A stretch of 64,000 nucleotides of DNA from Octopus sinensis (GCF_006345805.1 NC_043016.1:14508001-14572000); one strand, 5' to 3'; positions 11,635 through 24,381 are shown, counted from the stretch's first letter. The notes: generated by a model not told the origin, from the letters alone. Numbers and translations are program-made.

Positions 11635-12670
11635 AACTGGAAGCATCCAAATTGGTCTTGTGGAACCTACTTCATGTTATCACACTTAGATAGACAACTT
11701 GATGGCAGACGTTGGCCTAGAATGTATCCAGGATCTAGAGGCAGTGATGATGAACTGAGAAGAGTGGGGGGATTGAATTTTGTTGCTGTGGGCTGGGTTC
11801 CAACGAAGCCATAAAAAAAATTCAAATGACCTAAAAAAAAACTGACACACCCTACACACACACAAAATATAATATATATATATGTTCGATTGCCATGCAT
11901 ACTAACATCCACTTTTTTCTGTCGAGGGCCTATATGCCCCAATATTAAACTGTTTTCTTCTGCCAACATATGGTGATCACTTTATAAGCTTATATAAAGA
12001 GACACCATTTCATGTTTATGTGTGTGAGTATAAATATTTGTTGTATTTACTAAAACTCCAGGCCACTCAATGTCTTGTGGGTGGATTTGTTAAAAAGACT
12101 ATACAAACTCTTCACACACACACACACACACACATGACTGTTGAATTGTATCACATTAACGAGAGAGGACAGCTTAGGATATGTTGTTGATTTATGAGTT
12201 TCAGTTAGGTGATATGTTTGTTGGTGTGAATCATCATCATCATCATCATCATGGTCTTAAACTTGAGCCTGCTCATTGCTTTGTGTTCTACTGTTGCTAA
12301 ATAGTTGTTAATTTTTCTTGTCAGTGGTTATTTTTTGTGGGGTGGTGCTTAAGTTTCTTTATTTTTGTTGAAAGTAGGGGTTGTAGTGATTAAAAACATG
12401 ACCTCCTTATCTAGAAACATAAGTAAAATAAACACTACACTACAAAAAATAACAAATGGCAAAACAGAAAAATAATTAATAACCAGCAAAAGCGAAACAC
12501 TGAACTTACACCAAGCAAGAGGCCATACACCATCAAACCATGTTATAACAGTGCTCACCTGAAGATTGCAGTTGCATGAAACTCAAGTCACAAGATAAAC
12601 AATATATGTGCATGTGTGAATGTTTACACTCTGCAGATGCTCAAAAATTTGCTGAATTACAATAACTTTG

Positions 12671-13015
12671 TGAAGGCACATGGTGCAGTGGTTAGAGCAT
12701 TGGGCTCACAATCGTGAGATGGTAAGTTTGATTTTTGGACCAGGCTGTGTGTTGTATTCTTGAGCAAGACACTTTATTTCACGCTGCTCTAGTTAACTCA
12801 GCTCTAGAAATGAGTTGCGATGTCACAGGTGTCAAAGCTGTATCGGCCTTTGCCTTTCCCTTGGATAACATCAGTGGTGTGGAGAGGGGGAGCTGATATG
12901 GATGGGGTGACTGCTGGTTTTCCATGAAAACAACCTTGCCCGGACTTGTGCCTCGGAGGGGAACTTTCTAGGTGCAATCCCATGCTCATTCATGACCGAA
13001 AGGAGTCTTTACCTT
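12671..13015 (+). mobile_element. tRNA-derived SINE (family C-related head)
   Basis: GGTGCAGTGGTTAGAGC head with CTTGAGCAAGACACTTTATTTCAC core shared with 43555-43882; the 3' half differs. Confidence 0.7.
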
Positions 13016-13349
13016 CTTTACAATTGTTTTGTAGTCATTTCCCTTCCAACAAATCATCTGGACTCAAGGCTGTTACAAAAGATGCCATGCAGTTGGATTG
13101 AACTTTGGACTCATGATTGCAAAGGGAATCTCTTCACCAGTTAGTTATATCTGCATTCATTAACAGTCAGTAGGTACCATGGTATCACACTCCCAACCAA
13201 AGTAAAGATAGTTTGCATCTCATAGTATAATATATCTAATTTGTGTTCCTGACATTTAATGCTCACTGACTCATGACACCTAACTTCAAAAATATATATC
13301 AGTGCCCCAGCATGGCCACAGCCTTAGGGCTGCTATATATAAAATAATA

Positions 13350-13640
13350 TATTGTGTGATTGTTTGGTAAGAAGCTTGTTTCTCAACCACATGGTTACAG
13401 GTTCAGACCCACTGCGTGGCACCTTGGGCAAGTGTCTTCTACTATAGCCTCAGGTCGACCAAAGCCTTGTGAGTGGATTTGGTAGACGGAAACTGAAAGA
13501 AGCCTGTTGTATATGTGTGTGTCTGTGATTGTCCCCGACCACTGCTTAACAAGTGGTGTTGGTGTGTTTGTATCCCCTGTAACTAAAAATTGTTCAAGGC
13601 AGAGCCCCAGCCTGGCCACAGTCTATTGACTGAAACAGGA
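13350..13640 (+). mobile_element. SINE family A
   Basis: TGGTAAGAAGCTTG...GGCACCTTGGGCAAGTGTCTTCTACTATAGCC...GACTGAAACAG. Confidence 0.85.
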
Positions 13641-13836
13641 AGAAGGCAGAAAATAGCTGTTGTGAGTAATAGAACTAAAATGTGTCATTTCCTAACGATG
13701 TTGAGTTCAAGTTTCCTTTGTACCTAAACTGATGCAACCAGAAACTACTTTCTTTTTCATGGTTATTCCTGCTGACAAATCTTGGTCTCTTTTTTTCTAA
13801 TACATTTGACAGCTGGTCTGTATTCAACTATGTAAA

Positions 13837-14310
13837 TTGACGGATATTTGTCCTCATCTTGTTTGATTTTAACACAACGTTTCAGCTGATATACCCTCCA
13901 GCCTTCATCAGATGTCTTGGGGAAATTTCAAACCTGGGTTCTCATTCCTAAGGTATTTTTCGATGTTGTTATTATTATTATTATTATTTATTATTATTCA
14001 GGTCACTGCCTGGAATCAAACTCGGAATTTTCGGCTTAGTAGCCCACACTCTTAACCAGTATGCCACGGGCATATGGCGTTGTGGTTAAGAGCATGGGCT
14101 ACTAACCCCAAGATTCCAAGTTCGATTCCAGGCAATGACCTGTTTAATAATAAATAATAATAATAATAATAGTAATAATAACATCGAAAAATACCTTAGG
14201 AATGAGAACCCAGGTTTGAAATTTCCCCAAGACACCTGATGAAGGCTGGAGGGTATATCAGTCAAAACGTTGTGTTAACAACAAAGAAGACGAGGACAAA
14301 TATCCGTCAA
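13837..14310. mobile_element. head-to-head pair of a tRNA-headed, hammerhead-bearing element
   Basis: Inverted arms at 13837-14066 and 14075-14310. Each has A/B-box-like TGGCGTTGTGG / GTTCGATTCC, then (AAT)n, then GACAC-CTGATGA-AGGCTG...CAGYY-RAAA-CGTT-GTGTT. Confidence 0.85.
13871..13916 (-). ncRNA. minimal type I hammerhead ribozyme motif
   Basis: GACAT-CTGATGA-A-GGCTG(GAGGGTATAT)CAGCT-GAAA-CG-TT-GTGTT. Core intact; the mirror copy at 14231-14276 has G12A. Confidence 0.7.
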
Positions 14311-14685
14311 ATGTAAATTGAATCATAATTGAACCTAAGTGTGAAACTCCGTCTTATTTAACATTTGTCAAATCCACAATCTGGTCAGAAGTTGTCTCTC
14401 AATTATTTAATCTCTAAACAATTCTGTTTTCCTACCCCAATGGATGTACTTTTACCATGTGTAGTTTAATCATCATTTTACAAATATGGCAAAAGATAAA
14501 TGTTGTTGAAGAATTCAAATTTGGAGACATCTCTGCTACACTTTCTAGAAAAATGGAAAACAATAATTTGTTATTAATATTGTTTTTTTTATCTGTTTTC
14601 AGTTATGGAAGAAAGTTTCATAAGTTAAGCTTTTTGATTTTTGTTTGCAGAAAAACTCTGAGAGAATTTTCTTGTACATTTTCAG

Positions 14686-14836
14686 GGCTTTACAGTTTCC
14701 ACCAGAAGGTTGGATGAGAATGAGACTTTATCATGCTAGCATTACATGGATTACAATTAAACCGGATGGTAAAGTGTCACTAAAACTAGTTGGAGATGCT
14801 GGACATATACCAGCACACAAATTATCATTTTCTTAA
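14686..14836 (+). CDS. PGAM5: PGAM5 terminal coding exon
   Basis: ttcag|G GCT TTA CAG. Encodes ALQFPPEGWMRMRLYHASITWITIKPDGKVSLKLVGDAGHIPAHKLSFS*; TAA ends at 14836. Confidence 0.96.
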
Positions 14837-14856
14837 AAGCAGTGTACTATAAAAAA

Positions 14857-14862
14857 AATAAA
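14857..14862 (+). promoter_or_regulatory. candidate polyadenylation signal of PGAM5
   Basis: AATAAA 20 nt after the stop, followed by T-rich sequence. The context is very AT-rich, so support is weak. Confidence 0.35.
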
Positions 14863-15063
14863 TTATTCTTTTAAAGTTTGTACTAACTATTATTTCTATT
14901 TTTATTTCTATGAACATTGATTAAATTTTTTTTGTTTAAGTTTTTTTTTTCCATTATATTATCCTTCCATTATAGACCAATTTCATAACATCTTGTTTCT
15001 CTGTGAAATATATGGTATTCTCTTTTAAAAGTTTACTATTCACTGTGAAGAGAAGTTGCTTAA

Positions 15064-15282
15064 CCCTTTCATTACAAACCCAGCTGAAACCACCTCTGGC
15101 TCTGAGTACAAATGTCTTGTTTTCATAAGTTTTGAATTAAAATCTTCCACCAAACCTTCATCACAATTTATGTTCCTAACACTAGCTTAATAGTAACTAA
15201 GTTATTTTACTAAATTCTTTGTTATATTTAAAATTAATTGAAAGAAACAGAGCATCTCAAAATAAATACAGTAATGAAAGGG
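15064..15282. mobile_element. piggyBac-type MITE
   Basis: TTAA|CCCTTTCATTAC...GTAATGAAAGGG|TTAA: 12-bp perfect TIR with TTAA TSD. Confidence 0.85.
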
Positions 15283-15296
15283 TTAAAGGTTAAAAT

Positions 15297-15520
15297 GCTT
15301 TCTACTAAAGGTACAAGGCCTGGAATATTTTGCAGGAAAAGGGGTTAGTCATTTACACTGACACAATACTCAACTGGTACTTATTTCATTGACCCTGAAG
15401 GGACAAAAGACAAAGTAGACCTCAGAGGAATTTGAACTCTGAATATAATGACAAATGCTTAGCAGCAATTTGTCTGGCACAGTTACAATTCTCCCAGCTC
15501 GCCACCTTTGTCTGGTTTGT
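15297..15520 (-). mobile_element. SINE family B
   Basis: TTCTACTAAAGGTACAAGGCC...GAATTTGAACTC...TCCCAGCTCGCC. Confidence 0.7.
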
Positions 15521-15913
15521 TAACGATTCTACCACCTTCCAAAGGGTAATAATGAGATAACAGTTGTTTTTTTTTTACAAATCTTTTTAATTATTGAATA
15601 TATGGTGACATATCACACAAAAATCTAATTTAACAGCGAAATCAAATACATACAGATATGGTTCAGTATCTTTATTCATTCATTACCATCCAATATTGGA
15701 ACTTGTGCAGTTATTTTGTTGCTTTATACTGGTGTGTATGTAGGCCTAATGTAATAGGATGGAGAATAATCCGCAATGCGCTCATCGTTTCTTTCCACTG
15801 GTAAGAAAATTATCTGCATCATTACACATGGTCTCCTGTTAGTATCCATGGTCCAGTTAAGAATCTGAAATGTCAGTTAAGTTGCCTTTGTTATAATGTT
15901 ATCTGTAATGGTT

Positions 15914-15998
15914 TCACTTTCTGTTTGTCCCAAAAGTAGAACTGAAAAGGGTTTCATCGCAATATGGGAGCAGTATTTCGTCACCGTTGAGTGAGACC
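15914..15998 (-). CDS. putative terminal exon of the - strand gene
   Basis: Acceptor tatcatttgcag|G and CpG-rich. The phase-2 frame gives VSLNGDEILLPYCDETLFSSTFGTNRK* (the phase-1 frame runs to 15877 instead). AATAAA on the - strand at 15671-15676. Confidence 0.4.
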
Positions 15999-16143
15999 CT
16001 GCAAATGATACGTGAACAACTAATTTTCTTGTTTGTAGAAAAAAATTTTAAAAATCATAAGTGCATTGTAGATAATGACTTGTGTGTTTTGTGTGTGTAT
16101 ATATATATATTATTATGTGTGTGTGTGTTTGTATGTATGTATG

Positions 16144-16178
<35 letters not shown>

Positions 16179-16181
<3 letters not shown>

Positions 16182-16424
16182 TAAAAACGGTAAGATAACA
16201 AAAGAAAGAATGAGACCTCAATATTATGTAAATAGAGGAAATTTATCTATAAAATAATATGTTACATTTACTCAATAGTCAGGATAAAACTCTGAGTTTC
16301 AGATGCCGAAGTGGAAATCCACAACACCATCTCTTCGGTTCAAGAGATGGTGTTGTGGATTTCCACTTTGGCATCTGAAACTCAGAGTTTTATCTTGACT
16401 ATTGAGTAATATAACATATTATTT
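16179..16424. mobile_element. fold-back element with a hammerhead-like motif in (TA)n
   Basis: Arms at 16252-16335 and 16342-16424 around a 6-nt loop CGGTTC. The left copy extends to 16179. (TA)n on both sides. Confidence 0.75.
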
Positions 16425-17289
16425 ATATATATATATATCAGGTGAATTGGGGGATGTGTACATGAAACATATAGAGTAGACAATAAATGCAGTTAGCCAA
16501 CTCTCTTCTTTGATGTTCTTTTATTATATATCATTATCATACACACACGTGCATGTACACATGCACTGCATTATCATGGCAAGTGTGTGCTAATATGTAT
16601 ATAACCATCATCATTGTTTTTACTTCCATTTTTTTCCCATGTCAGAATGGAATGAGCGAGAGTTTGTCGAGACAGTTTTCTGCATATGTCCTTGTGTCAC
16701 AAACTCTCATTTGTTTTAAGTTTTCTTTTTTTTCTTTTTTTTTTTTTGTTACCCTAGTCTTTCACTTAACGAACTCTCTACAACAGTTGAACATATAATA
16801 ATCTTGAGTGGGTGAATGTGTGGCAAGCCTTGTATACACTGAAGACAAAATCTTCATTGGTGACAGTGACTTAAGAAAATCAGTTTACATATGTATATAT
16901 ATTCCAGGATGATGATGATGATGAGGAGGAGGGGTATCCATGCAGGAACACGTCTTTATGAAGCTCAATCTCCTCAGATCTCATTTTACCATGAACTTGT
17001 GTTTTTTTTTTATCTATGTTTATTTTTAAATAAAAATTTAATTATGATTTAGTTGTTTACAAATATAGTATTGGATTCTTTTTTCATTCTATTTAATTCT
17101 ATTTTAAATTAAATTTTAATGATCTGGACGATTTTACAAAATTTCTTCTAGTTTCAGTAATATGTGTTGTTCAGTTTTCTTGTAAAAATATTCGTATATT
17201 TAATGTCAGTGCATAACTGTTTCTTGAATAAATCAATACCAAATTATTGATTCAAATTTGTTTTAATCCATCTGACAAGTATACTGAGA

Positions 17290-18200
17290 ATACCCAGGCC
17301 TTCCTATGAGTTTACCAAATCCAAGATGAGAATAAGTCACCTACTTTATATGGATGACCTCAAGCTGTATACAAAAGCTGAGACAAACCTGGATTCTCTA
17401 GTCCAAATAGAGTGAAAATATTCAGTAAAGACACTGGAATGGAGTTTGGGGTAGATAGGGGCATGCTACTAATTAGGAAGAGAGACTGGAAGATAGTCTG
17501 GTGGCATGAGATTACCACAAGAGAACATCATTAGGTCATTGTGGAATAATGAAGGATACAGATACCTAGGAGTACTGCAAAATGTTAAGATGAGGAAAAG
17601 AGAAACAAGAGAGAAAGTCAGTAAAGAGTACAAGAGAAGAATTAGGAAGGAGCTGAAAACAAGAATTGAATGGTGGAGACATCATTAAAACCATAAATAC
17701 ATGTGCTACAGCGGTACTGAGATGCTCTGCCCCCACCTTTCTGAAATGGGCGAAAATTGAGCTACAGAACTTGGATAGAAGAACAAAAATGCTATTAACA
17801 ATGCACTTAGTAAGACTGATTGACTTTATCTACCAAGAAGGGAAGGTGGTTGAGAATTACTAACTCAAAAGACACTGTTGATATTGCGACAGTGGGCCCT
17901 GTGCAAAGTAAAGAATGAATACTTTTGGCATCTAGAGATATCCAAAAAGGGACTGAAACAGTAGGAGAATTGAAAGGGAAAGCAAAGCAGCAGAAAGAAA
18001 TGGAAAGGAATGGAATTGCATGGCCTAATCATGCGACAAACTGACCATGTTGGAAGTAAAGATCCCTGGGTTTGGCTGATGGACAGGAAGCGGAAACAAG
18101 AGGCAGAAACACTGATTACGGCCACTCAGGAACAGACCCTAAGAACAAATGAATGGGAGAGAGCTACTATCGTCCTTCGTTACATTAGCAGCACAGTGTA
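17290..18200 (+). mobile_element. degraded R4/Dong-like non-LTR RT fragment
   Basis: ISHLLYMDDLKLY (YMDD at 17347-17358), YRYLGVLQ, LNGGDIIKTINT and LHG...ETLITATQEQTLRTN; frameshifted. Confidence 0.8.
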
Positions 18201-18609
18201 ATGGATGAAAGAGAATGAGTGACAGAGGGAGGAGAAGTTGGCATGGGGTAGCAGTAGATTCAGACATTGGGCAAGGGACCCATATGTAGATTTGTATATC
18301 ATACATCACCTTCATTACTAACACTATTTTAAATATTCATTTTGCTGTACTTGCTTGGATGGGCATATATTTTCCCATAATGCATGTCACCATCATCTCA
18401 GTCCTTTGTCATTTCCTCTGACACTTGGCATATTGCGATCAGACTTCTCCAATCCATCTCATGTCTTTTTGAGACTCATTTTCCTCGTGTTTTGTTCACT
18501 TTAAACAGCTTGCATTTCTTTATATGGCTCCTACTTTGCACCCTCATCTCATGTCAGTCTCCATGCAGTCTTCTCTCTTGTACACTAGACCTTATTTCTC
18601 ATACCTTTT

Positions 18610-19095
18610 CTCTTTTCTTTGTTACTTGTTTTAGTCATTGGACTGCAGCCATTGCTGAACTTTAGTCAAGTGAATTGATGCCAATACTTCTATTGTTTTC
18701 GAGCCTGATACATATTCTGTCATTCACTTTTGCCAGACTGCTAAGTTATGGGAATATAAACACACTAACAATGGTTGTCAGGCAGTAGTGGAAGACAAAC
18801 GCAGATAGAAAGACACACACCCAGGGTAAGATGGGCTTCTCTTAGAGGCCTGCAAAATCTCAAGTTGCAAGTAGCTGAATCATACGGTTTTTAATAATAT
18901 ACATATATATAAATATATGTGTGTGTGTGAGAGAGACAGGCTTCTTTCAGTTTCTGCCTACCAAATCCACTCACAAAGCTTTGGTTGACTGGAGACTATA
19001 GTAGAAGACATTTGCCCAAGGCACCACAAGTAGGACTGAACCTGGAACCATGTGGTTGGGAAGCAAACTTCTAACCACACAGCCATGCCCGCACC
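18610..19095 (-). mobile_element. SINE family A
   Basis: Reverse head CCACACAGCCATGCC at about 19075-19090 and tail TAGTCATTGGACTGCAGCC at about 18632. Confidence 0.8.
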
Positions 19096-19621
19096 TGTAT
19101 TCAGTTTTTTAGTCAATTCATTTGTACTCTGCTGTTCATCTATACTGACACTACACACCTAGAAGAGCATGCTTATTTCTTGCTACCTTTTCCAAATCAT
19201 CTGTATTTAAGGCAAAATGTACACTTTACATTACGTAATCTGTTTTTCATTCTGAAAGAGAAATCCCTTGTTATCAGCAGAGTTAAATAACTCCTTGAAT
19301 TTTCTCCAACTGGTTCTTAGTCTGGCTACTATATAGTTGGAACACCCTCCTCCACTCCTAATAAGGTCATTTTAGTAACAGAAACCATCAGCTAATTCTA
19401 TGGTATGTCCAAAGTATTTGAGCGACTCTGTTTGCCATACACTATTAGTGCTTATTGCTCCTGCAAATTTATCCAAATTTCTTGGCAAGTTTCTATAGTA
19501 ATTTCAAACTCTGAGTAAAGATTGAAATTTTCAGGAAGTTTGTGAAGAGTTGTTACATGATTAGTGGTATATCGTCATCTCTAATTCATCAGTGTCTCTT
19601 AAAAATACAACAATCAATATA

Positions 19622-19871
19622 CAGGGTGGTGCGAAAAGTAGGTATACAGTTATGGAAAAAAAAAACACGTACAATACTCATTTATTTTTATCCAAAAAAA
19701 ATTAAAAGTTACAATAGAAGTATTAATATAGTTATGGTAAAAGTATTATTATGATTAATGACACTGAAAATATCCAAAATGAGGCTAATTAATTTAATGT
19801 GCTAATAATTTTAATGAATCATTATAACACCGGTGTGATACTTACTGTATGTCTACATTTGCACCTGGTTG
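19622..19871. mobile_element. Tc1/mariner-type MITE
   Basis: TA|CAGGGTGGTGCGAAAAGTAGGTATACAGT...ACTGTATGTCTACATTTGCACCTGGTTG|TA, an imperfect ~28-bp TIR. Confidence 0.7.
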
Positions 19872-19873
19872 TA

Positions 19874-20680
19874 TATGCAGCACATAATCAAGCCAGGTAT
19901 TCCGTTCTTGCTGAAAGGAACAGTGAAATATTGGAAATGCCTCACTTTGCTTCCACTGTGTCTATAATCGCCAAAACAACACCTACAATTGCTGCAAGTT
20001 CCCTGGATACTGATTGTAATACCTTTTGGAAGGAAAGTAATCTTTGTCCAAAGTCAGTAACAAACATTGAGATACAAGATGTAAAACAAACTACTGGCTG
20101 CTATTTTTGCATCTGTTCTGCTGCTCTTAATACTATTGTATCACAAAGTTTATGGTTTGCTGAGGGGGAAGTGATAATCAACAATCGTACCCAGAATTCA
20201 AAACCCAATTAGTTCAGTAACAGGGAAAAAGGCCACAGTGTATCAAGTATCCATTTTTGGTCGTGACTGTCCTTATCAGGTGATCTTGACTCATATTTCA
20301 GCGAATCATTGTTCTGATGCATTTGTATGGTGACACGATTAATGGAAATTTGACTCCAAACTGCAGGAAACTCAAGACAGAGAATTCGTAAAGGTTTCCG
20401 TGGTTAACTGGTAGTTATGCCACTCCAACTTCTTGCATAAAAAAGATCACATCTCACCAAGTATGACTGCATAATATTTTCTTCTCTTGCCAAGCATGCA
20501 ATCTCACATACTGAGCTACTGGTATTCAGCTTCACAGCTTTTGGTAAAGTAACAATCTTAACGTCAATCTGTGAATAAAATGTTAATAAAATTTAGATAT
20601 TGTGATGAAGTTTTATTTGGGAGTAGCATGCTGCCAGACCAAATAATCCACCTCCCAACCAACCCACTGATATAAAACTG
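19874..20680 (+). pseudogene. decayed intronless coding relic, copy 1 (unknown family)
   Basis: Colinear with 45095-46345. The differences are enriched at third codon positions in the KATVYQVSIFGRDCPYQ and YCDEVLFGSSMLPDQ frames. Stops and frameshifts are present. Confidence 0.45.
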
Positions 20681-20849
20681 AAAGGTAAGCATTATTCTTA
20701 TGTTAAAGTATTCTTAAAAATCTGTGTAGTGCTTTTATTTTTGATTGAGATTTTCAGAAGCAGAATAGCTGTGAATTGTAAATATTATACAACTGAGAGA
20801 GAGAGAGACTTATACATTTACCTAATTTTCTGCTACACAGAGAATTTAT

Positions 20850-22218
20850 AGAGAGGTTTATAAGCCTTCTGGAAGTCTCGCAGCCGTCACAATTTGGATT
20901 TATTCCTAACTCCAGCTGCTGTAATCAACTCATCGAGTTTCTTGAGGACATTACCCAAATCACTGATCGCAGATCCTGGGTGGATGTTGTTTACCTGGAC
21001 TTTGCTAAGGCTTTTAACTCTATGCCACACAAAAGACTTATGGTGAAGCTCTCTGCGTTGGGCGTAAGAAACGAACTCTATAACTGGTTGAAGTCCTTTA
21101 TTTTCACCTGAAAAGAGGTTGTCACAGTTCTAGGACAGCACTCTTCACCCTATGAGATGACATCTGGTTTATCACAGGGATCTGTTCTTGGCCCCCTTTT
21201 ATTTGTTGCATATGTTAATGACATAGATGCCAACTTAAAGAATGCCACAGTGCTGAAATATACAGATGACATCAAGCTGTACCTCGAAATAAAGAGGTCA
21301 GATCCTGTACACTATAGATCTCTATTGCAAGCAATCCTGGACACAATGCAGCAGTGGATCATGGACTGGCAACTCAAGCTGGCTGTGGACAAATGTACCA
21401 CCATGCATTTTGGGAGGAGAAACCCAGCGTCCACCTACTCCCTCCACAACACTAGTCTCAAAAAGTCTTCAAGTGAACGTGACCTGGGTGTTATTGTCGA
21501 CAGTGATTTGCGTTGGACAAAACACATCGCTAAAATTGTCAAGAAGGCTGAGGGTGTCTTGGCATCACTCAGCAAATCCTTTGTGAGCCGCTCTCCGACT
21601 ATCTATCTGCAGCTTTATATAGCTATGGTAAGACCTCACCTGGAATTTGCATCACCGGTCTAGAACCCCTATCTTGCCCAGGACATCAATCGTCTGGAAG
21701 CTGTTCAGTGACGTGCAACCAAAAGAATACCCTCCATCAGGCATTTGCCATATCCTGAACGCCTTACTTCCCTGGGCATGGACACATTGAAACTCCGACG
21801 TCTGGCAGCTGACCTGGCAGACACCCATAAAATTATCAACCATCTTACAAACAATAACTCTGAGCACCTTTTCAAACTCCATCTGTCTAACACCCGTGGA
21901 CATATTTACAAAGTAAGAAAACAGCACATCTCCCATGACTTCAGGAAACATTTTTTCACGCTAAGAGTTGCTGAAGCATGGAACAAACTGCCGGCATCAG
22001 TTGTTAGTTATCGGAGCACTGCATCCTTCAAAACTTCCATGCTTTCTGAGATTCGCCAACACTACACCTGATTTTCTCCCCTCCATACACACACAAGCAT
22101 GTATCTGACTCATACATTGTTCGCTTTCCAGACATTTGTACATTACTGCATATGCTTTATACTAACTTTTGACAAGTTGTGGTGCACCTGAGCACTGTAT
22201 ACAATAATTTCATTATTA
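20850..22218 (+). mobile_element. 5'-truncated CR1-group LINE
   Basis: VYLDFAKAF, SQGSVLGPLLF, YTDD (21259-21270), RDLGVIVD, RPHLEFASPV and FFTLRVAEAWNKLP. Premature TAG at 21661; 3' UTR ends in (ATT)n. Confidence 0.92.
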
Positions 22219-22239
22219 TAAGGATATTGTCTTATCCAC

Positions 22240-22700
22240 TACCAGTTTAGCCATGGTTCAAGTGATACCAGAGTGCCCACATCCCAGCAGGCTTATGTGA
22301 CATATGTCTATTTTTTTATCAGTTGAGCTTTGGCTCTTTCTATAACTTTCATTTTCCAGTCCAACAATTTGATCTTGCTGGAATTTCCTCTAATATATCG
22401 CCTTTGCTCTTGTCATATTTGATAATAATATCCAAATCATTTGATATGTACTATCTAATTGATTATGTGGTTGATAAGAACCCATACCCTACTCTGCCTG
22501 CCATTTTAGGTTTCCCAGCAGTGATTCCTAACAGACCCTCTCTACCCTCTCTACCTTCATATCTTCAATTGTTCTATCCACCACTACATTTGTCAACTTG
22601 AATGGTTGGTTCTTCTACTGCATCTGCTTAAGAAACCTGGTTATTCCTCATCAATGATAATTATGGTGGTTAGTTATATCTCTCTGCTCATGGATTTACC
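22240..22700 (-). mobile_element. old RTE RT fragment
   Basis: KGDILE-...KIKLLDWKMKVIERAKAQLI resembles RTE KGDALERGNYRGIKLLDQVMKV. Confidence 0.55.
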
Positions 22701-22809
22701 TAACGAATACCTGTTATAATTGGATTTAATTGGATTTCTCCTCCCTTTCTAGACATAACGAATCCCAATAAATATCATTGATGAGGAAGTTTCCTCCACT
22801 GTTACCTAT

Positions 22810-23200
22810 GTATACTCTTATACTCTTTTACATGTTTCAGTCATTTGACTGCAGCCATGCTGGAGCACCGCCTTTAGTCGAGCAACTCAACCCCAGGACT
22901 TATTCTTTGTAAGCCCAGTACTTATTCTATTGGTCTCTTTTGCCGAACTGCTAAGTGACGGGGACGTAAACACACCAGCATCGGTTGTCAAGCAATGCTA
23001 GGGGTACAAACACAGACACACAAACACATACACATACATATATATATACGACAGGCTTCTTTCAGTTTCCGTCTACCAAATCCACTCACAAGGCATTGGT
23101 CGGCCCGGGGCTATAGTAGAAGACACTTGCCCAAGATGCCACGCAGTGGGATTGAACCCGGAACCATGTGGTTGGTTAGCAAGCTACTTACCACACAGCC
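22810..23200 (-). mobile_element. SINE family A, young full-length copy
   Basis: Near-consensus, CpG-retaining copy with a (TACTCT)n-like tail and head ACCACACAGCCAC. Confidence 0.9.
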
Positions 23201-23980
23201 ACTCCTGTGTTTAATCCATCTCTCTCCAATGACGGAATCCTCAACCTATGGAATCCTCATTTGACATGATGTTCTAATAGATGGGATAATTTAGAAACAG
23301 CTGTTAGAGACTATCTAAACCTTTTTATTATGTAGTTAAAGTGAATGTTCTTGTCAAGTCCTACCAAACTGCTGGCCTTGTCTTTTCTGTGTTAATGCAC
23401 ACCTACTGACTCAATGTGTGGCTTTTCTAAAAAAAGTCCTTTTGTTTGATAGAATGTTGTGGTCTTTAGTTTGCAACTTTCTGATAAAAGTAGAATGTTT
23501 GTGTGCTGAGGGGATTGGTTGTAAGTGTTTAGAAGCTTTCAGAATATTCCAACTTTTACATTAAACAAGTACCAGTAATATACTGAGATAAAATAAATTC
23601 ATAATAGTCATCTTCTACCATGGAAATGAAAATACAAAAAACATACAATTTATGCACACACACATACACACTGATAAACAAACACACATGCATACACACA
23701 CATACATTGACAAGCAAACATGCATGCACACACACGCACACACAAGTAAATATCAAAATAAATCAAATAAGCAAAAGAGGTTAAAGACTGGGTGTGTATG
23801 CAAGAATGTTTGGTTGAAGTTGAAATAACATATAAATAATAATAATAAAAAAATCTGCTGCTACAAACCTGCTGATGCTTTTGTTAAGGGTATGCTAATG
23901 GCACTCAAGTCATTGTTGACTTTAAAATCCTCATACATATTTACAGGTGTATGAATGTATGTGTGTGTGTGTGTAAAATG

Positions 23981-24012
<32 letters not shown>

Positions 24013-24381
24013 GTGTGTATTATATATATATATATATATATATATACATACACACATGCATGCACGCACACACACATTCACGCATGCATGCACAAACACA
24101 CATACATACACACACATACACACACACACACACAAACTGAAAAAGTTTCTGGCTTTGAGTAAAAGAAAAGAGAGGAGGATCAGTTAATTATGATTTTATC
24201 CAACATATTCCCCTCTCAGATTCACACACTTATTGCAGTGTGGTCCTTAAGTTTTTCAGAACGTTGGGTCTCCAACCTGGCCTTTCATGATACCCGTAAG
24301 GCCAAGAACTTTTCTGCACCTCTCATAAAAAGGGAGAAGAAGCACACTCTAAGAAGTAGAGCTGTCTATATTTATTACTGT

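Noticed and set aside
14068-14140. tRNA gene calls at SINE heads (also 43555-43630)
   Set aside because: The acceptor stems are not formed and the heads run into repeat bodies, so these are tRNA-derived heads rather than tRNA genes.
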